A stretch of DNA of 64,000 nt from the human T2T-CHM13v2.0 reference genome, Homo sapiens. Positions 24,591 to 39,000 of this stretch are shown in pieces. A model generated the notes under the pieces. It ran no database searches, was not told the DNA's origin, and worked only from the letters and a program-made list of their open reading frames with translations. The DNA lies in assembly GCF_009914755.1 (NCBI RefSeq), contig NC_060937.1; one strand, written 5' to 3'. Numbering within the stretch: position 1 is the stretch's first letter; the number at the start of each line of letters is the position of its first letter. The position numbers and the translations under genes are program-made.

Positions 24591-25115
24591 CAAACAATGA
24601 TGAAAGAGTTCTAAATTTGTATAAATGATTTTTGTTGTGAAAGTCTTATGAATATAAAAGCAATAGCTCATGTAAAATTCAGGGGTAATTTCTTCAAGAA
24701 TATTATCATCAGTAAAAAATTAGAAATATTTAGAGAGCTTTGTATATAAGCATATTTTTTAGTAATTATAATACACAAAAATGGCAAATTGCATAATATC
24801 TGGTAAGAAGGCATTAGATTTAAAATTCACATTTATAAAAGAAAATGCTATATAAAGTTAATAAAATCATGCATTAGAACAATAATTAACTGAGAATAAC
24901 TTTTGGGGGATTTTTTTGTGTATATATATATGTGTGTATGGGGTGGTGGTGGATATATATATATATTTTATATACATAGTTTTCTAAAATTAAATGTAAC
25001 AAAATTATATTTGAACTACAGGTTTATATAAATATATATCTCTACCCATCAATCCAACTGGTTGTCCTTTCCTTATTGATTGCATTTTATTGCCTTATAT
25101 TCTGAACCTAAAATA

Positions 25116-25403
25116 GGCCAAGGGTGGTGGCTCACTTCTGTAATCCCAATCACTTTTGGAGGCTGAGGTGGGAAGATTGCCTGAGCACAGGCATTCGAGA
25201 CCAGCCTGAGCAACATAGCTAGACTCTGTCTCTACCCGCCCCCCCAAAAAAAATTAGCTAGTTGTAGTGGCATGCACCTGTGGCCCCAACTAGTCAGGAA
25301 GGTGGGACAGGAGGATCACTTGAGCAGAGGAGTTTGAGGTCGTTGAGGCTTCAGTGAGCTGTGATCACACCACTGCATTGTATTCTAGGTGGCAAAGCAA
25401 GGC
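25116..25403 (+). mobile_element. AluJ (Jo-like) body; its last bases and tail lie at 27648-27683
   Basis: J-type ggaggatcacttgagc. TSD aacctaaaata (25105-25115) / aacctaaagtg after the displaced tail. Confidence 0.9.
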
Positions 25404-27647
25404 TGATATGGTTTGGCTCTGTGTCCCCACCCAAATCTCATCTCAAATTATAATCCCTATAATCCCCGGGTGTCAAGGTTGAGACCTGGTGAAAGGTGAT
25501 TGAACACGGGGGCAGTTTATCCCACGCTGTTCTAATGATAGTGAGAGTTTTCACAAGAGCTTGTGGTTTTATACGGGACTCTTCCTCCTTGGCTCGTTGC
25601 TCTGTCTTGCCTGCCACCATGTAAGATGTTCTGTTAATTCTCTCTCGCCTTCTGCCATGATTATAATTCCTAAGAACTCTCCAGCCATGTGGAACTGTGA
25701 GTGAATCAAACTTCTTTCCTTTATAAATTACCCAGTCTTGGATATCTCTTTATAGCAGCATGAGAATGGACTAATACTGTAAATTGATACTGGGAGTGGG
25801 GCTGTGCTATAAAGATACCAGAAAATGTGGAAATGATTTTGGAACTCTGTACAGGCGGAGGTTGGAAGAGTTTGGAAGGCTCAGAAGAAGATAGAAAGAT
25901 GTGGGAATGTTTGGAGCTTCCTAGAGACTTATTGACTGGTTTTGACCAAAATACTTATAGTGATATGGACAGCAAAGTCCAAGATGAGGTGGTCTCAGAT
26001 GGAAATGGGGAACTGGAATAAAGGTCACTCTTGCTATGTTTTAGTAAAGAGACTGGTGGCATTTTTCCCCTGCCCTAAAGATCTGTGGAACTTTGAACTT
26101 GAAAGAGATTATCTGAAATTGGGACTTATATTTGAAGGGAGAGAGTAAAAGTTTGGAAAGCAGAGAGTAAAAGTTTGGAAAATTTGCAGCCTGGCCATGT
26201 AGTAAAAAACAAAAACCTCTTTTCTGGGGAGAAATTCAAGCTGGCTGCAGAAATTTGCATAAGTAATGAGGAGCCAAATCTTTGTCAACCACACAATGGG
26301 GAAAGTGTCTTCAAGGTATGTCAGAGACCTTCACAGCAGCCTTCCCATTGCAGGCCCAGAGGCCTATGAGGAAAAAAATGGTCCCGTGAGCTGCACTCAG
26401 GGCCCCACCTACCCACCCCACTGCTGCTCTGTGCAGCCTTGGGACTTGGCACCTTGTGTCCCAGTTGCTGCCACTCCAGCTCCAGCTGTGGCTAAAATGG
26501 GCTAACTTACAGCTCAGGCCGTTGCTTCAGAGGGTGCAAGCCCCAAGCCTTGGTGGCTTCCATGTGCTGTTAGGCCTGTGGGTACACAGAAGTGAAGAAT
26601 TGAGGTTTGGGAACCTCTGCCTAGATTTCAAAGGATGTACGGAAAGGCCTGAATATCCAGGCAGAAGTTTGCTGCAGGAGCAGAGAGCCCTCATGGAGAA
26701 CCTCTGCTAGGGAAGTGACAAAGGGAAATTTGGGATTGGAGCCCCCACACAGAGTCCCCACTGGGCTACTGCCTGGTGATTCTGGGAGAAGAATGCCACT
26801 GTCCTGCAGACCCCAGAATGGTAGATTCACCGACAGTTTGAACCATATGCCTGTAAAAGCCACAGGGGCAGAACTACTCAAGACTGTGGGAGCCCACCTA
26901 TTGCATCAGTGTGACCTGGATGTGGGACATGGAGTCAAAGGAGATCATTTTGGACATTTAAGATTTAATGACTGCCCTGCCTGGTTTCAGACTTGCATGG
27001 GGCCTTTAGCCTCTTTGTTTTGGCCAATGTCTCTCATTTGATTGAATGTATTTACCCAACACCTGAAGTAACTAACTTATTTTTGATTTTACAGGCTCAT
27101 AGGCAGAAGGGACTTGCCTTTGCTCAGATGAGACTTTGGACTGTGGACTTTTGAGTTAATGCCAGAATGAGTTAAGACTTTGGGGGACTATTGGGAAGGC
27201 ATTATTGATTTTGAAATGTGAAAACACATGAGATTTGGGAGGGGCCAGGGCAGAATAATATGATTTGGCTCTGTGCCCCACCCCCCAAATCTCATCTCGA
27301 ATTTTAATCCCCATAATCCCCACATGTGAAGAGCAGGACCTAGCAGTAGGTGGTTGGATCATGGGGTCTATTTCTCCCATGCTGTTCTCATAGTAGTGAG
27401 TGAGTTCTGACAAGATCTATGGTTTTATAAGGGGCTCTTCCCCCTTCGCTCATTCACTCTCTCTCTTGCCTGCTACCACATAAGATGTGCCTTTGTTTCT
27501 CTCTTGCCTTCCGCCATAATTGTAAGTTTCCTGAGGCCTCCCCAGCTATGCAGAACTGTGAGTCAATTAGACCCCTTTCCTTTATTCCTTTATAAATTAT
27601 CCAGTCTTGGGTATGTCTTTATAGCAGTGTGACAATGAACTGATACA
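25404..27647 (+). mobile_element. Complete THE1 (THE1D-like) MaLR provirus: LTR 25404-25778, internal 25779-27255, LTR 27256-27647
   Basis: Two similar LTRs (TGATATGGTTTGGCTCTGTGTCCCCACCCAAATCTCATC...ATACA) flank a MaLR internal region that ends in the purine tract GGGAGGGGCCAGGGCAGAA. Confidence 0.95.
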
Positions 27648-27829
27648 AAGTTCTTGTGTCAAAAAGCTACAATACAATAAAATAAACCTAAAGTGCATGA
27701 ATTGGATTTATTTGAAATATATTAAAACTTTTTTGGGGCTTAATATGATGTTCCACATGCCTTTGAAAAGATTTCTTTTCTTTCAGTTGTAAAATTCTAG
27801 TTGACTTAATTTAATTCAACTAATAAAAT

Positions 27830-27943
27830 CTTCAATATTTTTGCCTGATATTAATTTCTGAAGATTTGTTAAACTTTCAACTACTGTTTATATATTTCTC
27901 CTTTTATTTTATTCAGTTGTTGCATTATATATTCTGAGGTGAA

Positions 27944-27974
<31 letters not shown>

Positions 27975-29530
27975 ATTAAATGTGTATATTCATGGTAGTT
28001 AAACTTTTTATCTATATATAAAATTTATTTATCTTTATGTCAATGCCTCATTCTATATTGTTTAATTTTAAAATAGATAACTCCTTTTTTTGTTTATGCT
28101 TCTCTGAATAAGCTTAGTTTTCCCGATTTGCTTTATTATGTTTCTTGTGGACAACTCGTTGATAGATGACTTTCTTGATTTGATGGTATATCTCATATTT
28201 ATTGTAATAAATGTGATATAACATATTTTTCCTTTTATTAATGTTTTCTATATATACTATCTTGTTTTTATTTTCTTTCCTGGCTTTTATTGAAAAGGTT
28301 TACTATTCTGTTGATTGGAAGATCATGAATTCTGTTGTAATTGTTGTTACAGTTCCCCTAGCTCACTGAAACTCTGTCTTATGTTTATATTTCTTTATTA
28401 ATTAAATTTATTAAATTGGATGTAGATATCCTAAGCACTATCCTCAAAAGCACTCTCACTATCCTTCAGCTTCCCTTGCCTCCTCTATCTACCATCATTA
28501 CTGTTGCACTGCTATTATGTAGAATTTCAAGTCTGAAATTTTGAATATGTTATGTAAAATTTTGTAAAAACAATATTTTCCTTAGCTACCACATATTATT
28601 TTTCTTTATATAGACCTTCACCTGAATTTTTTCTTCTTGAAAGTGTATCTATTCCAAGAGTAGTGTGATCATTTGTCTGAGTTTGCATGGGGCAGACCTA
28701 GTTTACCTAGATTGATAAGCACAATTATAGATATTCTTTAGTTGATCATTATTCAGCATTTAGCCATGCTAAGAAGTGTCACAGTTTAGATAATAAATTA
28801 TACAATTACTCTATATAAGAATTTTTCAAAGCAGATAATAAATTAAACATTGTGAGACCTTGGCTTTCTCAGAATAATTTCCATTTTCAATTAAAAGACT
28901 TTTACCGACTATAAAATATAGGGTTGAGATTCAGTTCATTGGCAGTTTGAAGATTTTACTTCAGTGTTTCCCCACTTGTCATTGATAATGTTGAAGTCAT
29001 TTGTTAATCTAAACTCAGTTCTACTGTAAATGATGGGTTCTTGTTTTTTTTCAAAAATATTTTAGATGTGATTTTTACATCATGAAGTTTTAATGAAATA
29101 TGCTCAGTTGTGGGCTCATTCCTTATCTATCCCGTCTAGTATTTTTCAATCTAAAAATTATCTTTCTTTAATTTTAGAAGAGTTTTAGGTATTTTTTTCA
29201 TATTTTTCCCTTTCATTTTGATCTTTTTCTGAAATCGAAATTAAATCTTGTTTTTTAGTTCTCTCCTTACAAATTCTGCTGTAAAAAAATCGTATTTTTC
29301 TTCTTACTTGATGTATTGCTCAACTTCTTACAGCCTACTCATTCATTTATTTTTCATTACTATATTCATTCTGCTCTATATTACAGCTCTTGGAAGCTTT
29401 ATTTCATGTTTAATATTTTTATACTCAACATTTCCAATATATTATTTCTTAAAATTGCTTGTTATGTTTTTGTTACTAATATATTTTCCTTTATCTGTTT
29501 AGTATTTACCATAATTATTTTAAATTCTCA
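27830..29530 (-). mobile_element. Ancient L1ME-like fragments (ORF2 5' part and ORF1)
   Basis: T-rich degenerate L1 antisense blocks (ttttgcctgatattaat; ttggcagtttgaagattttacttcagtgttt). Confidence 0.55.
27948..27974. repeat. (TG)n microsatellite
   Basis: Seen directly. Confidence 0.95.
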
Positions 29531-30952
29531 GACTCTCTGAATTAACATAGAGGGAGATAGAGACAGATAGAGATGATAAAGAAAGAGATAGATCTATCTA
29601 TCTTGCTTAGAATACAGTATTAGGTTTCTCTTCTAAATTCTTAAAGAAATCGTTCTCAGATATTGGCATAGGTATATTAGATATCTTGGTTGTTACTGTC
29701 TACTCAGGGTGAGGAACTCAAAGACTAAGCAACAGCTTCTGTTTCTCAAGTGTTGTGTAAGGAGTGGTCTTAGGGCAGAAACCAGTAGGATCTTAGAAAA
29801 CCTATGGTCCTACATTTGGGATACTGATATTTCTAAGAACTTTCTCCATCAGCTGTAATCCCTTAGGCAAAAAAAATGCGGGAGGAGATGGAGAAGAACT
29901 TGGTGTTTATGCTCTTACAAAATACTGTTCTTACATTTGTGATCTGAAAATATACATTTTCCCACTTGATAAAAAGACAAGATAATGACCATTCCAGGCA
30001 AGGTACACCTGAACTGTACACCAATGTGATGCTGCTCAGGCTTCCACTCTGGTTTGTGGTTACTCAACACTCTCTTACCCTGCAACATATCGAAGTCATT
30101 CTCACTTTCTTCTCTCAATTATCATTTTCTATGGCATTGGAATTATGGTATTGGGTACAGAGAATGGAGACAGTAGCACTTGTTAACTTGCCGTAATGTC
30201 AAGAACTAAAATATAGGTCTCTATCTCTGTTTCCCATGAAGATGCATTCCACACACGTGCACATGCAGACACACATATTTTGCCATTTCTTTATTCCTTG
30301 CTGGTGCTATCTTTACCTTATAGTCCAACTCACTAATTTATTATTTCAGCCATATCTATTGTATTATCTGTCCCCTATATGAAATGATATTTCTGATTTT
30401 TATTCTTTTATTCCAGGATCCTAAGAACCAAGGATATTCCTGTAGCTTTTTACAACTGTAATGCAATGTTGAGAGTCTCAGTTTCTAAAACTAGCCATGT
30501 GTTACCTATTCTTTAACTAGATTTCAGGAATTAGTTATAATAAAACAAACTGTTATCATGGAAAGTAAAACTAAGTCACAAGTTAGGGAGTTTACAAAAT
30601 GTAAGGATTTCAAAATTTCACATTTTAGTATATGTCTTGCCTTTTTCAGTTTATGGAATTAGGATACTGACTTAAAAAATAAAATAGCTGATCTCTGAGA
30701 TTCCTTTTGTCTATATTGCCGTACATTCTACTACCTCTAAAATATTTATTAAATTTTTGAATATTGTTTTCTCATTTCATGACTGTTTTTTAGAACAAAA
30801 TTGCATTAATCAGGAATTAAATAGACTCCGGGATTAATTTTTCTATATAAACTTTATTCTTTGGAGAATTTGGGAAAGTTAATAAAAACTTCTGTGGCTA
30901 TTCAGACTTGTCAAAGGTGATAAACAGTAATCATCCAGTAAGGAACTAATTA

Positions 30953-31115
30953 GAATCTCATAGTTCATCTAATTTAATGCCATATTTTACAGATGAGGAG
31001 AGCAAGGCCCAGAGAAGTTAAGTGACTCTCTTAAGGTTACATAGCACTTAATAGCATAGCTGGAACCAATGAAGAAATCACTTAAATTTCTTGGTCTGGT
31101 ACATTATTTAACACA
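30953..31115 (-). mobile_element. MIR
   Basis: attttacagatgaggagagcaaggcccagagaagttaagtgact. Confidence 0.85.
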
Positions 31116-31154
31116 GCCTAGTTAAGTTCAAATGTTGCAGACTAATTTAATTTC

Positions 31155-31202
31155 TTTTTTTTTTTTTTTTTTTTGAGACGGAGTCTCGCTCTCTCACCCA
31201 GC
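31155..31202 (-). mobile_element. Extremely 5'-truncated Alu (about 28 bp plus a 20-nt tail)
   Basis: T20-gagacggagtctcgctctctcacccag. TSD aatttaatttct / aattttatttct. Confidence 0.9.
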
Positions 31203-31642
31203 AATTTTATTTCTTTGCACAATGTCAAGCAGTACAAATTAAGATAAGTTATACAAATAGGTTACAAAATTTAACGCAGTTTTTGTGTCTTAATCATCTT
31301 TAAAAATCAACTCTAACATTCTTACCTCTCCCAAATTACTTCTGATACTGTGAGCTGGAATCTTTATGACTTGAGTTTGCATAGTCATTTTTAAAAACAA
31401 CCTACATCCTACTGTTATACTGGTCTCTATGTCCATTTCTTCCCCAATTCAGAAAGCACCCTGAAGGTGAAATTAATACCCCATTTGTTTCATTTTTTCT
31501 GCAAGATTAATATCAAACTCAGTAGAAATAGGTTCTGAAATAATTATTGAGTCAATGTACCTATTTGTTTATTTCAAAAATTTATGTTTGATTTCTGATA
31601 ATCATTCTTATTTAACTTTGAAGTGTTTGCTTAAAATGTAAG

Positions 31643-32018
31643 GGTTATGGACTGAATTGTATCCCTGAAAGCTCATATGTTGAAGCCGTAACCTCTAGTA
31701 CCTTAGAATTTGACTGATTTGCCCTTTAAAGAGATCATTAACTTAAAACAAAGCTATTGGGATGGGCCCTAATTAGAATGACTGTTCTAATATGACGAGG
31801 AAGAGACACCATGGATGTGTGGGCACAGAGGAAAGATCATGTGAGGACATAGGGAGAAGACAATCATCTTCAAGCCAAAAGGAGGCCTCAGCAGAAACCC
31901 ACCCTGTTGGCATTTTGATTGTAGACGTCTAGCTTCCAGAATTGCAAGAAAAAATATTCTGTAGTTTAAGACACCCAATTTATAGTATTCTGATATGGCA
32001 GTCCAGCAAATTCATAGA
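31643..32018 (+). mobile_element. MLT1A/B-like MaLR solo LTR
   Basis: ttatggactgaattgtatccc...catatgttgaag...ctagcttccagaattgcaaga...atggcagtccagcaaa. Confidence 0.85.
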
Positions 32019-32199
32019 GTATTACACTTTAAATATTTTAATTGAGATCAAAAATTTTAATTTTTCTATTTCATATTTTCTTTTAATAAAAGACATTTAG
32101 AATATTTCAAAACCAAAATTTGAAATCCACTTGATTTTTCCTGAAGGAAAAAACAATTATTACGAAAGTAGTAATCAGTAATCTGTTCTCCCAAGTGTA

Positions 32200-34232
<2,033 letters not shown>

Positions 34233-34291
34233 GCTATTGTTTCTATGCCCTTTCAGTAGATACAGCAAGGGAATGTGTTTGTGCATACTAA

Positions 34292-34326
<35 letters not shown>

Positions 34327-34900
34327 TATATATGTGTATGTATATGCATATTTATAAACATTTCTGTATTTAACCTTCTGTATGCTGACCTAAATATGAT
34401 CTCAAACCAATGTATCTTGCCTTTCCTCTTTGATTATATGAAATCTCCCACTCCGTACGTGAGAATAATTATTCTTACCATCTTCCATCCATTTATTTAA
34501 CTGTTCATTTCTAGTAAAGATGTCCAGTGTCAGTGATACCAGAATTGTTGAACCATATCTCCAATGAAAACAACTTTATCAACTATATATATAATACAGT
34601 ACTTATATCAATTTCTACAGGCCTTTAATTCCATAGACTCCACTCATTTCCAAGGTTACTTAGATCAGCATCTTACCCCTACTTCTTCAGTGAAGATTTT
34701 AATATAATTATAATAAAGTTAGATTATTTTGTCACATTCTACAGAATACTCCAGCTTGAGTTTTTTAAAACTTGCATGTATTAAGGTTTATTCTTTTTGC
34801 TGTATAGTTCTATGGATTTTGACAAATGTATAGTGTAATTCACCCACCTTTACTGTATCATACAGAATAGTTTCAGTGCTCTAAAATTTTCTCATTGTTC
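34233..34900 (-). mobile_element. L1MC/L1MD 3'UTR fragments with (TG)n at 34294-34322
   Basis: aaacaactttatcaacta...gactccactcatttccaaggttacttag...ttctatggattttgacaaatgtatag. Confidence 0.7.
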
Positions 34901-36489
34901 AAATTATTTTTTGGTCTAGTCACCATGAGTTAAACATAAGACATAATGTGGAGCCCAATTTTCATTAGGAAAGAGAGACTGATCGTTTCAATTAAGAGCA
35001 ATGACACAAGCAAAAATGTATGAGGACACAATGCATAAAATACATTCAGGAAGAAACTAATAGGCTAGACTTTGAGAAGCACTTGGTTGATTTTACACAG
35101 AAGAATTCTTGAGAATTATATTAATCATATAGGTTGCAGCCAAGTGCCCTTAGAAAACCAACCAAATACTTTTAACATTTTATTCTTATGGATTTGAGCT
35201 ATTAAAGTTTGGGAAAGTAAACTCTCTAGTCTACAAAAACTTTAGCACATACCTAGTTTGAATACCCGTGTAAGAAGCCACTGACTCGTTGTTATCACAT
35301 AAATAAATATGGCAGGAATCTGGAATTGTATTTCTTTCTAAAAAGGGATGGCAATGAATCATTCTCCTGTGGTTTTCTAAAATTCCTAATTCAGTAAAGA
35401 TAAATATCACATTTTTCTGATGTTTTCATTTACAATTCTGTCAATTAGCACTGCTCAGAAATGCACTAAATAGTCTCCAAGTGGCTTGGAAGAGTTAATG
35501 TCTCCCCAAATGCCTAATTTGCTACTCAGCATTGACAGAGACATAGAAGCAAACAGATACCACTAGTGTTTAGTAGCACTGAAATAAAGTGAAAAAGAAT
35601 CTAAGCATTTTCTTTTGTCTCTTTAGGGCATTATTTCTGTCTACTGTTCACCCGCTCTAATTATCCTGGCAGCTCACTTAAATTACATTATTTCTGCTAC
35701 TAAGAAGATGAGCCAGATTTTCCCCAGTGCCGATGACATAGTATCATCAACAGAAAAGTCTTGATGATACCCTAGTGACTTCAAAGTGTTAATCCATCTC
35801 ACTGGATGCTTATCTGGGTTCCAAGGAATGACATGCCCCGGGGTGAATTTGGCTCAATGAAATATGGCTTTAGCACGTGCAAGCAACAGTACTGTTCAAT
35901 TTGTTTTTCTTATATTTACATTAGGTAAGTGTTGGCAATGAGACTTAGATTTTGAAGCAAACATAACACTATGCCTGCTGCTCATGTTGGGCTGTTTTCA
36001 GGTCAATTAGTGCCTCCCAAATTCTTAAAGCAGGTGCTAATCTGGTGCTTAAACTGAGACATTGGCATATTTTCTCTGTAAAGAGAAGTTGGAAGTGCTT
36101 TGTATAAGAGTTTAAGAGGATAGATTAATAAACAAATGCTTTACTTTCCCTTTTAAATTTAATTTTTTAAAAAAGTAAAAAATATTTAAAATTAAAGCTT
36201 AGTTTAAAACTATCTTAAGCAGCTTTACTCTTAAAGAGAAAACGTAAATGGCATAGTTTGATTTGATTCTCCATATTAATTTTTTATCTCTAATTTGGAC
36301 TCAGTCCTTGTTTACACCAGTGAATTAATGAGTAAAACTCAATATCTTCTTCAATGTAGGTTCCTTCTTTCTAATGGGAATATGTCATGAAGAGTACCCC
36401 ATGAACAAAATTGTGTTTCAGAGATAATTGTAAAAAAAAAAAAAGAAAAGAAAAATACTGTGTGAATATACAAGTACATTCCATTTATA

Positions 36490-37000
36490 GGAAATCATTC
36501 ATCAAATTTCTATAAAAACTGTACTAAAGTCTCATACCTGTTAGGGATTTGTATTAAAGAGAAAGATATCATATAGGCCCTGAGCTTAAGGCATGCAAAG
36601 TCCAGGAGGGGAGATAGAAACAAATTATAATACACTGTGAGAGCCCCAGCAGCTATCATACCAAGCATGCAAGAGGACCATGGATGATCAATTCTATCAG
36701 GGTTTCTCAGACACTGGACTAGCTTTCTCAAAGGAATAATACCTGAAGCAGATTATGAAATGTAAAAGTTAAATTTTTTAAATTTTTAAGAGTATTGGAG
36801 AGTAAAGCAGCCTGAGCAGAAGAATAACAACAACAACAACAAAAAAAAAAAAACAAACAAAAACAAAACATGTTCAACAACAGGAAGAAACTGACATTTG
36901 CTTGGAGAATACAAAAGCTGTAGAGTGCTATTGGTATAAAATCAGTAAGACAGGTCAGCAATGTGGGAGTTAGGGTTAGACATTTTAGGAACCAAATAAT
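36490..37000 (-). mobile_element. L2 relic
   Basis: tcattcatcaaatt...ggccctgagcttaagg...tccaggaggggagataga. Confidence 0.55.
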
Positions 37001-37048
37001 GACGTGACTCACATTACATGTTAACCAGCTTAAAATGTTTCTGTGATG

Positions 37049-37230
37049 AAGTAGTTCTTATAATTCAAAATGCAAAGATAACCTCAGGGAGTTTGTTAAA
37101 ATGCAAATTCTAAACTCAAACCTCAGAGACTCTGATTTAGCAGGTCTGGTTAAAACCAAAGATTCTGTACTTGTAGCAGATCCCACAGATTATTTGGAGA
37201 CATACCAGTGTTCTCATCATTTTTGAGACT
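37049..37230. mobile_element. MER5A-like relic
   Basis: gggagtttgttaaaatgcaaattct...ctcagagactctgatttagcaggtctgg. Confidence 0.75.
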
Positions 37231-37871
37231 ATGTATTTTACCAAAGTGCCAGTTATTCTGGCAGATAAATTAAAATATTTTTAATTTGATAGAATGATAA
37301 TAGTTTAGATAATTTAATAACACTTAATATTTCTTGACTACTTACTGTGAGCTAAACATTCTAAGTTCTAAGTGATTGATATATATTAGCTCATTTTCTT
37401 CTCAAATTAATATTAAAAATAGGTAACATAACTAACTCCCTATATAGATGGGCGCCTGAAGGACAGAGGCTGCTTTTCATTGGCATCTCTTCTGAAGCTT
37501 CATTTCCCTCTGATTTCCCCACTCTGTTAATTAATTTACCACTCCGTTTGTTGACATCTCTGATCTGCTGTTACCTTACCACTTACTCTGTAGTTTTACA
37601 TGATTATTTATGTCTTTAATTCAACTGCCACTATCACTGAATTTCAGTAGGGAGTAAAAGTAAATCCCTGTATCCGTGATGTTTAACCAGGTATCTGCCA
37701 AGCATTTTTCACATAAGAAAAATTCTATGATTTTTTTTTTGTTTTATTGGCTTGCTGTCTAAGTCATTGTTGATGTTGACAACAAAGAGCGGTTAAGCCC
37801 AGTGGGGTAGTCCAGGTCTCCTAAAAAGCAGATGTCAAGTTGGGATTAGATATTAAAAATATTAGGAGAAA

Positions 37872-38143
37872 GGCTGGCCTGGCATGGTAGCTCACGCCTG
37901 TAATCCCAGCACTTTGGGAGGCCGAGGCGGGTGGATCACGAGGTCAGGAGATCGAGACCATCCTGGCCAACAGGCTGAAACCCCATCTCTACTAAAAAAA
38001 AAATACAAAAAAATTAAATGGGGGTGGAGGCACATGCCTGTAGTCTCAGCTACTCAGGCGGCTGAGGCAGGAGAATTGCTTGAATCCAGGAGGCAGAGGA
38101 TGCAGTGAGCCAAGATCGCCACTGGCGACAGAGCGAGACTTTG

Positions 38144-38155
<12 letters not shown>
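37872..38155 (+). mobile_element. Alu (AluSc-like) with a small 3' deletion
   Basis: gagatcgagaccatcctggccaaca; gatcgccactggcgacagagcgagact lacks gcactccagcctg. Confidence 0.93.
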
Positions 38156-38188
<33 letters not shown>

Positions 38189-38214
38189 GTTTAAAAAAAT
38201 ATATATATATATAT
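38141..38214. repeat. A9-(TA)n-T15 palindromic microsatellite with a duplicated ttgttt-An-(TA)n unit
   Basis: Seen directly. Confidence 0.9.
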
Positions 38215-39000
38215 GAGAGAGAAAAAGGCTTCTGAAGTGAAGTGCATGATGCCAGGACAGCTGGGAGATATGTCAAGACCACTGCACAGGCCTAACCTTT
38301 CTAAGGGAGGAAGGGAAAGAAGATGAAGTAGGAGAATCTTAGACTGCAGTGTGATTCTAACAGTTCGTCAGGGTTCATGTGGATTCCTTGAGCCACACTT
38401 GCCCACCAGAGGGATTGATTATTCATCTTCTAGGAATGGGCCAGATTTAGTATCACTGCTATGTTGAAGCATTGGCTAGAAGTGGCCCATGAGAAACATT
38501 TTACCGGTGAAACATAGAGATGGAATTCAGAGGGCAATAGCAGCATCACAATCTCTGAAGATAGAAGTCTGAGGGTAGACTTTCATGGCCACCAAAGCTA
38601 ACAATGATCAACAACCTATATTAAATAAATATTAATTTTCTCTCTATATGTATCACTTGTGTAACTCCTGAATCAATAAAAAGCTGCCAGATAGAATATT
38701 GCTTTTACCTTTCCTTATAGGCATGTCTATACAAAGGAGACAGTGGATCTGAATTGGTTTAAATTATTTTGTATCAGGTTCTCTAAGAAACACAGATTAA
38801 CAAGAGTTCTGCCTCTACCTGGTCTCCTGCCTTAAGCCAAATGACTTTTTGATTAAAAAGATTTTACTGTGCAAAAGGATGAAGAAACACTGATTAAATG
38901 GAGCAGACTTGAGGGAGAGATGATGAAGACAAACGTCTTCAGAAACCAAATCATTGCTAGATTACCAGATACTTAGAGGAATTGGATCTAAAAACAATAG

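Larger units (their letters stand above)
37800..38594 (-). mobile_element. LTR16-like ERVL LTR, interrupted by an Alu
   Basis: tagtccaggtctcctaaaaagcagatgtcaag ... cttagactgcagtgtgattcta...ttagtatcactgct...cattggctagaag...catggccacca. Confidence 0.75.

Noticed and set aside
25827-27041. Cluster of ORFs in the THE1 internal region
   Set aside because: These are fragmented remnants of the MaLR internal ORF with stops and frameshifts, not an intact gene.
25490-27365. DUX4 sites in the THE1 LTRs
   Set aside because: Both copies are degenerate (TGATTGAACA, TGGTTGGATCA) relative to the TGATTRRRTTA-type motif.
35741-35770. Hairpin gtatcatcaa-N10-ttgatgatac
   Set aside because: A 10-bp inverted repeat is expected about once by chance in 64 kb of AT-rich DNA.
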